DNA of 64,000 nt from Eledone cirrhosa (GCA_964016885.1 OZ024741.1:344844001-344908000); one strand, 5' to 3'. Positions 41,100-55,495 are shown, counted from the first letter of the stretch. Notes: a model not told the origin generated them from the sequence alone. Numbers and translations are program-made.

Positions 41100-41622
41100 A
41101 GAAAGACACTATATTTCAATTAACTAATGAAAAATGTTGAAAGATTTACTAAAATCATTAATTATTTCATTACTAAGATAATAGTAACTTACCTATGGTT
41201 TTTATATAAAATGATGTCAGAATATTACAATTTATGTAGGAACCCCTGAAAATGTGTAGTTTTGTTTCATAGAGTCAGAGCTGGTTTTGGTTGGATTGGT
41301 ATAAAAAGAGTTAATTGTTACTGTGCAAATTTTCAGTATTAAAGTAAACGCCTTAATCCTTTCGTGACTGCATTTCTAATGAATAACACTCAGTTTCAAT
41401 TAATTAATGAATAATTTTGAGGGATTTACTAAAATTATTATTTCATTACTATGGTTGTTATATAAAATTATGTTGGAAGTCTTTAATTTAATTAGGAACC
41501 CTTTGAAATGGGTGGCTTAACTTCATAGAGTCAGAGCTGGTTTTGGGCAGGTTAGTATCAATATTAGGTTTAGCTTCATAGAACCAGAGCTGATTTTGAG
41601 CTGGTTAGTATCAATTGGGTTA
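41100..41622. mobile_element. Tandem piggyBac-like MITE remnants
   Basis: TTAATCCTTTCGTGAC ... GGGTTAA termini; repeated TTCATAGAGTCAGAGCTGGTTTTG. Confidence 0.5.
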
Positions 41623-41739
41623 ACCTTCTTGAAACTTTGATTAATCTTGCTGCTGTTCTGCCAAGAACATGCAGCTTCCATTTTCATGAAACAGATATTG
41701 TTTAATGAACCTATAACAGAACCTTTACACAGTCACTCA

Positions 41740-42790
41740 CTCAATCTTCTAGAAATAACAGTCAAGTCTTCTTTAAATGCCACCCTAATTATACAAAACT
41801 GTAAAGATATATTAGCTGGTGTAGTTCTGGACATGCTATGCCTGAATACAGGGCTAGATTTGTGACAGTGGGAATATCTTCAATTATAGGTTTGTTTGAT
41901 CAGCCCTGACCTGAAATTAAACAACAACACTGACACATATGACTAGCCAATGGTAGAACTTGTAGATAGCTGATTAACTAGCTAGAAATAGCAGTAAAAT
42001 CTCTCAAATCTTACTCTACCTAAAAAATAGAAGAGCATAAAGATCGATGATACAGTCATGGTTTTGAATGAAATAGTTGGAATGTCTGTGATCATCAATC
42101 TACTAAATTAAGGCTTACCTGGAGCTAAACATAATTTGTTTGACATGCAAGAAATAGCAGCTAAATCACCTCTTATTATTATCCTTAAAAGAAAAATATA
42201 ATGTAGTCCTTGATGTGGCTGAAATAAAGATGGGATAGATGCAGCTGGAATGTATATGATCACAAGTCTGCTTAATTATGGGTTGACCAGAGGCTAATAA
42301 TTGGCAACAACAAAAACTATAAGAAAGCCTCACTCTGGTCATTTGACCTGCTAGTAACAGCAGCCAATCCTCCATCAAATCTCACTCAATAATCTCAAAA
42401 AGAAACCTTCTGACAATATAGACTGGACAATGTAGTTCAAGACACAGTGTGGTTTAAAACAAAAAAAAAAAAATAGGAAAATCGCAGCTGGAATACCTTT
42501 GATCATCTGGTCAGCTTAATGAGGATTCACTACAGGCTAAATAATAACAACAACAATAACAACAACAAGAGACACTCTGTGAAGTCTCTTGACCCGTTAG
42601 TAACATAAGCAAGATATCTTTTAAATTATACTCCTGCCATCTTTGAAAAAAAAGTACACATTAGATAATGTAGTTCTGAATCTGCAAAAGTAAAAAAAAA
42701 AAAGGGCTGGATTGGTCGTAGTTGGAATGCTTTTCATGATAGGTCTAGTCTGTAATGGTTTCACAACAACAACAGCAACAACAACCCTGT
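41740..42790 (+). mobile_element. About five tandem diverged copies of a ~200-bp (CAA)n-tailed dispersed repeat (also 15690-15880, 16545-16680, 24670-24850 -)
   Basis: Recurrent CTAGAAATAGCAG..AAATC...GATAATGTAGT...GGAATGCCTTTGATCATAGGTC...CTAAACAACAAC. Confidence 0.6.
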
Positions 42791-43386
42791 ATAGTTTCTT
42801 TTACATTAATTCCATTCTATTCACATTGGTCTGTCCTCTTGGACAGTTCCACTAGCATGTCAGTATGGTTTTTTTTTTGTTTGTTTGTTTTTGTTTATGT
42901 GAGAAGAGGATGCTAGCTTCTCACTCACCATTCCTCCATTTCTGAAGAAGAGAAGGACATTCTGGGTATTCCCCCCGCCTTCCTATCCCATTATAGCAGA
43001 TTCCAAGAAAGTGAGAGAAAGAGACAGACCGACTGACTGACAGACAGACAGAATGTGAGAGAGATAGAGTCAGGGAGAGAGAGACAGAGCAAGATGGAAG
43101 CAGAGATTGAGAGAGAGAGATAGAGAGAGAATGAGAGCAAGACAGAGAGAGAGAGAGAGACAGAGAGAGAAACAGAAAGAAGAATCAACTTCAGGATTTG
43201 GTATTTTATTTATCAAACGTGGAATGATGAGAGGCAAAGTTTGACCTCAGTAGAATTCCAACTTAGCCCACAGACAGTAAGAACAAATATGGCAAGCTAT
43301 TTATCCAATGCTCTCTAACATCTCAGCCAATTTGTCACCTCTTTTCTTAAGTAAAGTAATATATTCAGATTACCATATTTGAAACT

Positions 43387-43427
<41 letters not shown>

Positions 43428-43931
43428 TTTGTCTCTCTCTTTCTGTCTCTTGTTTTCTCTCCTTTCTCTCTCCTCTTCCATCCTTATTTTGCCCTGTCTC
43501 TATTTTTCTTTCTCTCCCTCTCTTTCTTGTCCCTCTTTCTTTATCTGTTTCTCTCACACTTGTTTATAATTTTCAAATAATTTTGAAAATATCAAATTTC
43601 TGTGTTTCTTTATAAGTTAACTAAAATATTCATATTCCAAATTTATTTTCATCCCTTTGAAATCTGATAAGGAAAGGGTTGAAGTGTTTATATTTATTTG
43701 CAATTATTCTATCATGATTTTATGTAAGCAACTTTTTTAAGTAATGTGTCAAACACCATCTTGATAACGAGAAAGTTAGTTATATTACTAAATCCCTCCA
43801 AATTTTTGATTATTTTCAAAATTATTTGAAAATCATATTTATATATATATGGTAAACAGAAATAACAACACAATCGGTACAGTATATGGAAGATATATAT
43901 TAGGTTAACGCTTGAAATAGCAGGAAGAAGG

Positions 43932-43967
43932 TCTTAACGTTTCGGATGCTAGTCCTTCATCAGAAGA
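43932..43967 (-). ncRNA. Minimal type-I hammerhead motif in a PLE pseudo-LTR (43850-44070)
   Basis: Minus strand TCTT-CTGATGA-A-GGA ctagca TCC-GAAAC-GTT|AAGA; same family as 32708. Confidence 0.72.
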
Positions 43968-44091
43968 AAGAATGAGAAATAAAATAGATTGAAGGGACGG
44001 GTGGGGTGGAATAGGAAAAAAATGTATTTAGATAAAAATAACAGGTCCATTCATGTTGACATCTCGTGGTAATATATTTATATATATATAT

Positions 44092-44563
44092 AGTAGTTTA
44101 GATGTTAAAGTCCTTTATTGATAAGGCTGTGATATATATTTTTATGATGACAGTGGCCACACGATTCTGCGTCGTACCCAGTGCCATGATCTCATCAGAC
44201 AGCTACTTACATAATGCCACATTTACACATGCGCAGACCTGTTAACGTGAATTGAAGCTCACAGGGGAACAGGCATTCCCTACATGAACATCGTGTTTGT
44301 CCATTCCCTTGTCACTTCAATTTTGGATTACCTCCTAATTGTAACCTTATTACATAAGAAGCTGTCTGATGAGATCATGGCACTGGATACTACACAGAAT
44401 CGCATGGCCACTGTCGTCTCATCGAAATATGTATCACAGCCTTATCAATAAAGGACTTTAACATCTAAGCTACTTTGTATTTCCTTATTCTAAAAATACT
44501 CCGTCATTCCTATGTGGAAAATGCATGTTGAGTTCTTGAATTGAATTACAGCAATATGTTACC
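44092..44563 (+). mobile_element. Fold-back PLE-derived element (arms 44092-44215 / 44349-44474, tail to 44563)
   Basis: ~125-bp imperfect inverted repeat, each arm with an HHR motif; flanked by TA repeats. Confidence 0.8.
44361..44440 (+). ncRNA. Type-I hammerhead motif with an extended stem II
   Basis: GCTGT-CTGATGA-GAT...ATC-GAAA-TATGT-ATC|ACAGC; the mirror copy at 44125-44203 (-) has GAAA mutated. Confidence 0.75.
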
Positions 44564-44640
44564 GTATATATATTTATGTCCCAAGCCTCTGATACCATCA
44601 ACACTATAAACACAGAGCTGGCATATCTAAGAACTGACTA

Positions 44641-44696
44641 ACTGCTTGATGAGGTCATAGCCATTCAATGGCTATCATCGAACTATATATAGCAGT
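44641..44696 (+). ncRNA. Degenerate hammerhead (U3 variant; GAAC instead of GAAA)
   Basis: ACTGC-TTGATGA-G..ATAGCCATT c AATGGCTAT..C-GAAC-TATATATA|GCAGT. Confidence 0.5.
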
Positions 44697-44758
44697 AAAT
44701 AAAGGATTATGAGTTCATGCAATTGACTTATGTTTCGTCACTATATATATATATATAT

Positions 44759-45102
44759 CCATTTCTCTGAGGGTTCTTAACTCCAATATCAGGCTAAAAT
44801 TTCTTTAGTCAAAAAATACAGTGAAAGCTTCTATTTTCTAATTTCAAACTTGCTTGCTGTTTCAAAACATACTTACTTGCCATCATACTTGCTAAGAATG
44901 TAGCTTCTAATTTGAATGGAAGGAGATGGGTGATGTGTTGGTGTAATGGTAGCACAGTGGTCTGGATAACCAAAGATGTGGGTTCAATTCCCATGTATGT
45001 CAATACTCATCGTTTTCCATTTCTCTGAGGGTTCTAAACCCCACTATCACGCTAAAATTTCTTTAGTCAAAAAATACGGTGAAAGCTTCTATTTTCTAAT
45101 TT
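44759..45102 (+). mobile_element. 258-bp-period partial-tandem element with an internal tRNA-like Pol III cassette (retrozyme-like)
   Basis: 86-bp direct repeats 44759-44844 and 45017-45102; second family member with an inverted 5' arm at 54547-54710. Confidence 0.7.
44932..45002 (+). pseudogene. tRNA-like sequence (71 nt) inside the element
   Basis: A box TGGTGTAATGG, D stem GTGT/GCAC, anticodon arm TGGT-CTGGATA-ACCA, T arm GTGGG-TTCAATT-CCCAT; acceptor stem largely G-U. Confidence 0.7.
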
Positions 45103-45339
45103 ATATCATCATCATCATCATCATCAACGTTTAGAATATATATATATATAGGCACACATGTATGCTGTGAGGATCTTGGTTTTTAGAATAGGCACACCAT
45201 ATTCCTGTATGTTGTAAGAGGTAACAAGAAGGGTTGGTGTCAGGAATGGTAACCAGCTGTAAAACATTGCCTCAATCCATCCTCTCCAACCCATGCTAGC
45301 ATGGAAAAGTACACATAAAAACAATGATGATGATGGTGC

Positions 45340-45370
<31 letters not shown>

Positions 45371-45615
45371 TTAATAGTTGTCTTTCCTGCTAGCAAACAT
45401 TCGACACACACACATTTGCACATACACACACACACACACATATACACATACACTTATCTATCTATATCTTTTTTTCTGTCTCTCTCTCTCTCTCCCTCTA
45501 TATATATATGTGTGTGTGTGTGTGCATGCGTGCATGTGTTTATATATATATATATATATATAAACACATGCACACACATACACCTAGTGAGGGGAAGCCG
45601 TATATAATATGTGTT

Positions 45616-45654
<39 letters not shown>

Positions 45655-45726
45655 ATACATATGTGTATGTACGAATGTATATATATATATATTTATATAT
45701 ATATATACACACATATATATATACAC

Positions 45727-45789
<63 letters not shown>

Positions 45790-45802
45790 TATACACACAC
45801 AA

Positions 45803-45835
<33 letters not shown>

Positions 45836-45870
45836 TATATATATATATACACACATATATATATATATAT

Positions 45871-45959
<89 letters not shown>

Positions 45960-45970
45960 TATATATATAT

Positions 45971-46039
<69 letters not shown>

Positions 46040-46048
46040 TATATATAT

Positions 46049-46089
<41 letters not shown>

Positions 46090-46548
46090 TATATATATAT
46101 ACTCAGACATGTGTACCTATACTTCAGAAGTACAGTAGTATGGGAGTGTAGAGCTTCACAAGGAATATCTAAGGTGTAATTTCCAGTCACATGATCGAAA
46201 CCTCTTCTTAGTCACATGACCTCTCTTTCTTCTTTGCTTGAAGGAACCTTCGCAGAAGATCAAAGGCCTTGTGCAGAATGCAACATTTCCTGCTTCTGCC
46301 ATCAACTTTCAACATTTCCTCCCTACTTCCCCTGAGGCATCCCTGCCAAATATCTGTCCCTGTCTTCTGCTGTATTTCCCAGTTATGATGCAAAGTAATG
46401 GTGGAGCTGGTGGAGTTATCATATATATATATAAATATAATATAAAATATAAAATATATAAAATATATATAATATGTATATATAATATATATATATAAAA
46501 TATATATAATATATATATATATTATATATATATATGTAATATATATAT

Positions 46549-46605
<57 letters not shown>

Positions 46606-46773
46606 TATATATATATAATATTATATATATATATATATAAAATATATATATATATATATATAAAATATGTATATATATATTATATATATATATAATATAT
46701 ATATATATATATGTAATATATATATATATAATATATATATATATATATAATATTATATATATATATATATAAA

Positions 46774-46804
<31 letters not shown>

Positions 46805-47051
46805 GTATATATATATTATATATATATATAATATATATATATATATATGTAATATATAAATATATAATATATATATATATATAAAATATATATATATAAT
46901 ATGTATATATATATTATATATATATATAATATATATATATATATATTATATATATATATATTATATATATATATAATATGTATGTAATATATATATATAT
47001 ATAATATATATATATATATAATATTAATATATATAATATAAAATATATATA

Positions 47052-49246
<2,195 letters not shown>

Positions 49247-49278
49247 TATGTATGTATATTATATTATATATATATATA

Positions 49279-49633
49279 TACGATATTAAACAAATGGAAA
49301 CTATATTTATAAAACCATATTTATTTCGTTATATATATTTCTGGGATATCATATTAAAAATATGGTATGCCTTCCTCAGACAAAATACAATACATAAGCT
49401 GTTTTATAAATAATTTTGACATACCTTATAATAATGCAACTTCCATTTAAATGTATTGTATTTTGTCTGAGGAAGGCATACCATATTTTTAATATGATAT
49501 CCCAGAAATATATATAACGAAATAAATATGGCTTTATAAATATAGTTTCCATTTGTTTAATATCGTAAACCTACTCCAGAAACTGTTGAGTGCTTTTATA
49601 TCAGTTATAAAATGTTTACTCGTTGTAACCCAA
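49279..49633 (+). mobile_element. Fold-back PLE-derived element (117-bp arms 49279-49395 / 49451-49567 plus tail)
   Basis: One visible mismatch between arms; sits in long (TA)n. Confidence 0.88.
49459..49524 (+). ncRNA. Type-I hammerhead motif (mirror copy 49322-49387 on minus strand)
   Basis: TATTTTGT-CTGAGGA-AGG..CATATT ttt AATATG..CCCA-GAAA-TATAT-ATA|ACGAAATA. Confidence 0.7.
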
Positions 49634-49652
49634 CAATTTTAAATAAAACTTT

Positions 49653-49757
<105 letters not shown>

Positions 49758-49765
49758 TATATGTA

Positions 49766-49861
<96 letters not shown>

Positions 49862-49934
49862 ATATATATATAATATATATATATATATAATATATATATA
49901 TATATAATATATATATAATATATATATAATATAT

Positions 49935-50028
<94 letters not shown>

Positions 50029-50095
50029 CAAGGTTTAGCAAATAAGAAAAAGTTTTAAAATAAATTTTAAAAAGTTCACTGTACCTGCTGTAATT

Positions 50096-50180
50096 ACCCT
50101 TACCGTACAGTTTCAAGTCTCAAAATAAATGGATAATCCATGCGGAAATCCATTGAAAAGAAAGACTTTCGTCAAAGGGT
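50096..50180 (-). ncRNA. Type-I hammerhead motif, U3-G8 variant, in PLE 3' fragment 50028-50375
   Basis: Minus strand ACCCT-TTGACGA-AAGTCT...AGACTT-GAAA-CTGTACG-GTA|AGGGT. Confidence 0.72.
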
Positions 50181-50375
50181 TCTTTTCGTTCGGAGAATAT
50201 AAATTTCCCGAGTTCAAATCACGAACTAGCGCCATTCAAAGTTGTTGCCGAGATGAGAGTGTATGATGAAGAGGCAATTCTGTCTAGTGCCGTGTGTAAA
50301 GATAGAAGGCAGAGACGGTTGGATAATACATGTGTCTCTATATGTATTTTGCATGTAGGGAGACGACATACTTTA

Positions 50376-50429
<54 letters not shown>

Positions 50430-50436
50430 ATCTATC

Positions 50437-50467
<31 letters not shown>

Positions 50468-50470
50468 ATT

Positions 50471-50691
50471 GTGTATATTGTATAGAGTTCCTACCTACAC
50501 CTTTTCTGAATATTGGCACAGCCACCTCCCTAAGTATGATGATGATGATGATGATATATATGTATGCGTGTGTGTATCTGAGTGTGTGTCTGTGTGTATA
50601 TATATATATATATCATTCTCATCATAATTAGGGAAGTGGCTGTGCCAATATTCAGAAAAGGTCTAGGTAGGAGCTCTATACAATATATACA
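50471..50691. repeat. ~65-bp inverted repeat around a microsatellite spacer
   Basis: TATTGTATAGAGTTCCTACCTACACCTTTTCTGAATATTGGCACAGCCAC.TCCCTAA and its reverse complement at 50622-50691. Confidence 0.85.
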
Positions 50692-50778
50692 ATGTAAAAT
50701 GTGGGTACAGAAGAGATGCAGTTGAATTGTAGGCAACCTACAGAAAAGATAGACTTTGTATGTTGTTGATGTACAGGA

Positions 50779-53578
50779 GTAGTTGATAGTTATAGCACTC
50801 TCTGGAAGGTACCATAGAAGTAGTTGATAGTTATAACACTCTCTGGAAGGTACCATAGAAGTAGTTGATAGTTATAGCACTCTCTGGAAGGTACCATAGA
50901 AGTAGTTGATAGTTATAACACTCTCTGGAAGGTACTATAGAAGTAGTTGATAGTTATAGCACCCTCGGGAAGGTACCATAGAAGTAGTTGATAGTTATAG
51001 CACTCTCTGGAAGGTACCATAGAAGTAGTTGATAGTTATAACACTCTCTGGAAGGTACCATAGAAGTAGTTGATAGTTATAACACTCTCTGGAAGGTACC
51101 ATAGAAGTAGTTGATAGTTATAGCACTCTCTGGAAGGTACCATAGAAGTAGTTGATAGTTATAGCACTCTCTGGAAGGTACCATAGAAGTAGTTGATAGT
51201 TATAGCACCCTCGGGAAGGTACCATAGAAGTAGTTGATAGTTATAACACTCTCTGGAAGGTACCATAGAAGTAGTTGATAGTTATAACACTCTCTGGAAG
51301 GTACCATAGAAGTAGTTGATAGTTATAACACTCTCGGGAAGGTACCATAGAGGTAGTTGATAGTTATAACACTCTCTGGAAGGTACAATGGAAGTAGTTG
51401 ATAGTTATAACACTCTCTGGAAGGTACCATAGAAGTAGTTGATAGTTATAACACTCTCGGGAAGGTACCATAGAAGTAGTTGATAGTTATAACACTCTCT
51501 GGAAGGTACCATAGAAGTAGTTGATAGTTATAGCACTCTCTGGAAGGTACCATAGAAGTAGTTGATAGTTATAACAGTCTCGGGAAGGTACCATAGAGGT
51601 AGTTGATAGTTATAACACTCTCTGGAAGGTACAATGGAAGTAGTTGATAGTTATAACACTCTCTGGAAGGTACCATAGAAGTAGTTGATAGTTATAACAC
51701 TCTCTGGAAGGTACCATAGAAGTAGTTGATAGTTATAACACTCTCTGGAAGGTACCATAGAAGTAGTTGATAGTTATAACACTCTCTGGAAGGTACAATG
51801 GAAGTAGTTGATAGTTATAACACTCTCTGGAAGGTACCATAGAAGTAGTTGATAGTTATAACACTCTCGGGAAGGTACCATAGAAGTAGTTGATAGTTAT
51901 AACACTCTCTGGAAGGTACCATAGAAGTAGTTGATAGTTATAACACTCTCTGGAAGGTACCATAGAAGTAGTTGATAGTTATAACACTCTCTGGAAGGTA
52001 CCATAGAAGTAGTTGATAGTTATAACACTCTCTGGAAGGTACAATGGAAGTAGTTGATAGTTATAACACTCTCTGGAAGGTACCATAGAAGTAGTTGATA
52101 GTTATAACACTCTCGGGAAGGTACCATAGAAGTAGTTGATAGTTATAACACTCTCTGGAAGGTACCATAGAAGTAGTTGATAGTTATAACACTCTCTGGA
52201 AGGTACCATAGAAGTAGTTGATAGTTATAACACTCTCTGGAAGGTACAATGGAAGTAGTTGATAGTTATAACACTCTCTGGAAGGTACCATAGAAGTAGT
52301 TGATAGTTATAACACTCTCGGGAAGGTACCATAGAAGTAGTTGATAGTTATAGCACTCTCTGGAAGGTACCATAGAAGTAGTTGATAGTTATAACACTCT
52401 CAGGAAGGTACCATAGAGGTAGTTGATATTTATAACACTCTCTGGAAGGTACCATAGAGGTAGTGGATAGTTATAACACTCTCTGGAAGGTACCATAGAA
52501 GTAGTTGATAGTTATAGCACCCTCGGGAAGGTACTATAGAAGTAGTTGATAGTTATAACACTCTCAGGAAGGTACCATAGAAGTAGTTGATAGTTATAAC
52601 ACTCTCTGGAAGGTACCATAGAAGTAGTTGATAGTTATAACACTCTCTGGAAGGTACCATAGAAGTAGTTGATAGTTATAACACTCTCTGGAAGGTACCA
52701 TAGAAGTAGTTGATATTTATAGCACTCTCTGGAAGGTACCATAGAAGTAGTTGATAGTTATAACACTCTCAGGAAGGTACCATAGAAGTAGTTGATATTT
52801 ATAGCACTCTCTGGAAGGTACCATAGAAGTAGTTGATAGTTATAACACTCTCTGGAAGGTACCATAGAAGTAGTTGATATTTATAGCACTCTCTGAAAGG
52901 TGCCATAGAAGTAGTTGATAGTTATAACACTCTCGGGAAGGTACCATAGAGGTAGTTGATAGTTATAACACTCTCTGGAAGGTACCATAGAGGTAGTTGA
53001 TAGTTATAACACTCTCTGGAAGGTACCATAGAAGTAGTTGATAGTTATAACACTCTCTGGAAGGTACCATAGAGGTAGTTGATAGTTATAACACTCTCTG
53101 GAAGGTACCATAGAGGTAGTTGATAGTTATAACACTCTCTGGAAGGTACCATAGAGGTAGTTGATAGTTATAGCACTCTCTGGAAGGTACCATAGAAGTA
53201 GTTGATAGTTATAACACTCTCTGGAAGGTACCATAGAGGTAGTTGATAGTTATAACACTCTCTGGAAGGTACCATAGAAGTAGTTGATAGTTATAACACT
53301 CTCTGGAAGGTACCATAGAGGTAGTTGATAGTTATAACACTCTCAGGAAGGTACCATAGAAGTAGTTGATAGTTATAGCACTCTCTGGAAGGTACCATAG
53401 AAGTAGTTGATAGTTATAACACTCTCAGGAAGGTACCATAGAGATAGTTGATAGTTATAACACTCTCTGGAAGGTACCATAGAGGTAGTTGATAGTTATA
53501 ACACTCTCTGGAAGGTACCATAGAGGTAGTTGATAGTTATAACACTCTCAGGAAGGTACCATAGAGGTAGTTGATAGT
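50779..53578. repeat. 41-bp tandem satellite, ~68 copies
   Basis: Unit GTAGTTGATAGTTATAACACTCTCTGGAAGGTACCATAGAA, head-to-tail, no spacers. Confidence 0.98.
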
Positions 53579-53589
53579 GTCAGTTAAAT

Positions 53590-54090
53590 AAATGATTAAT
53601 TAGCAGTGGAAGATGTTCTAAAAGCATAATAGCTATAATGAGAACAGGCTGGAAAAAGTTCTGGGCGTTATCACCTCTGTTAGCAACAAAAGGATGGAGA
53701 GGATAGTATATGACGCCTACACGCCAAGTGCAGTGGTGCATAGAAGTGAACAGTGAATGCAAAGGATATGCACAGCCTCGAGAGAAATAAAATGTTAATG
53801 TATATGAACGACAAAACACAGAAAAATCAGATGCATTGTGCAAGAAAGAAGACTGCATTGGTATGGACATGTGATATGTATGGAAGAATATTGTTGGGTG
53901 AAGAAGTGGCTAGATATCCAAGTGGTAGGATGTTGCAGTATCAGAAGACTGAGAAAGACCGGTGTAGAAGTGATGAGAGCAGATTTCAAAATACTGAACC
54001 TCACAGAGGAGTTAAAGGAACACTACAATTGGGGAGAAGCTATCCAACCCATTCAAGCATGGAAAAAGCAGGCATAAAATATTGATGATG
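53590..54090 (+). mobile_element. Degenerate RTE 3' portion
   Basis: QERRLHWYGHVICM..WVKKW; GAT tail. Confidence 0.75.
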
Positions 54091-54091
54091 A

Positions 54092-54400
54092 TTGAAGGCA
54101 TATGGTTTAGTAGTTAGAGTGTTGGGCTTGCAATTGTGAGATTGCAAGTTCGAGTCTCTGACCTTGTGATGCATTGTGTCCTTGAACAAGACACTTTATT
54201 TTGCGTTGTTCCAGTTTATTCAGCTGTAGAAATGAGTTGTGACATCACTGGTGCCAAGCTGTATCAGCCATTGCTTTTCCCTTGGACAACATAGGTGACA
54301 TGGAGAGGGGAGATTGGTATGCATGGGGAACTGCATGGGTGGACTTGCTTAGACTTGTATCTCGGAGGAGATGGTCATTCGTGACTAAAAGGGGGCTAAA
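54092..54400 (+). mobile_element. tRNA-derived SINE
   Basis: tRNA head (TGGTTTAGTAG, AGTTCGAGTC) and GTGTCCTTGAACAAGACACTT. Confidence 0.7.
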
Positions 54401-54546
54401 AGAAGGTAAACACACAGACACACATTTAAACCTCTAGCAAAGTATGGTGCACGCTGAAGCCAAGTCATTATTGATAACAAGTGGCATGGTCATTCGTCAC
54501 TGAAAAGGGTCTAAGAAGAAACAAAACACACACACGCATATATATA

Positions 54547-54710
54547 TTAGGAATAGAAGTTTTTTGCCGTATTTTTGACTAAAGAAACTTTAGCCTGATA
54601 GTGGGGTTTAGAACCTTTTAAGAAATGGAAAAAAAAATTTCTTTATCAAAAATACGATGAAAGCTTCTATTCCTAATTTCAAACTCGCTTGCTGTTTCAA
54701 AAGATACTTA
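54547..54710 (+). mobile_element. Fold-back copy of the 44759-45102 family
   Basis: 54547-54630 is the reverse complement of the 86-bp repeat; the forward part ends with tail CAAACTCGCTTGCTGTTTCAAAAGATACTTA matching 44845-44875; in TA repeats. Confidence 0.8.
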
Positions 54711-55259
54711 TATATATATATAAACCACTAGCAAAGTATGGTACACACTGAAGCCAAGTCATTCTTGATAGCAAGTGACAGCACTATAATATATATATAT
54801 TACTTGGTTTTAGTGTGTACCATACTAGTGGTTTTAAATACATATGTAGTCACAAACAGACACAGAAATCCTGTCAATCCTTTCACTTATGCCACTGTAG
54901 AACATCTAAGATGTGTCAACCAGAAGATAGAAAGAACTACACCAGAACCTAAGGGGTTCTTTATTGTCCCAGAAAACATGAAAGACAAAATGTAAATTCT
55001 GCTGAGGTCAACTTTGCCTTTCATCTGTGTACAGAGAGCCAAAAACAAATACTGCAAGGCTTTATTTTCATCTTTCTAACAACTATTCTGATTCACCCAC
55101 ACACAGGTGTGCACACACACACACACAGGTGCCACACATATACACACACACAGGTGCGCGCACATACACAGACACACAGGTGCACGCACATACACAGACA
55201 CACACACAGTAAGCTGGTGAAACGAAAAAAAAAAAACATTTAGTCTACCCTGTGTTAGT

Positions 55260-55495
55260 GCCACTACAAAAAAATCACCCTATCCACCCTGTATAATGGT
55301 AATGCTGGTGCCACAAAAAAAGCTTCCAGTCCATGCTGTAAGGTGGTTGGCACTATGAAGGGCATCCAACCATAGAAATCTAAGCCAAAAATAGATTCTA
55401 TGAGCATGACATGGTCACCTGACCTGTCTGGTCTCATAACGCGCCACCCTGTCTAACCCATGCAAGCATGGAAAATAAACGGTGATCATGATGAT
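55260..55495 (+). mobile_element. RTE 3'UTR / RTE-tailed SINE remnant
   Basis: GAAGGGCATCCAACCATAGAAA...AACCCATGCAAGCATGGAAAA..GATGAT. Confidence 0.65.

Noticed and set aside
44932-45002. Functional tRNA-Ser(GGA) gene
   Set aside because: Acceptor stem is mostly G-U, position 37 is a pyrimidine, there is no long variable arm, and it is embedded in a repeat
32031-46190. Numerous YI/CV/HT/FS-rich ORFs (e.g. 38545-39651, 39281-40198, 45508-46179)
   Set aside because: Translations of (TA)n, (TG)n and C/T tracts that lack stop codons
46243-46415. Plus-strand exon after a pyrimidine tract
   Set aside because: No good donor; the minus strand resembles a decayed LINE inter-domain region; unsupported
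50779-53578. CRISPR array
   Set aside because: Units are contiguous 41-bp repeats with no unique spacers, no cas genes and a eukaryotic context
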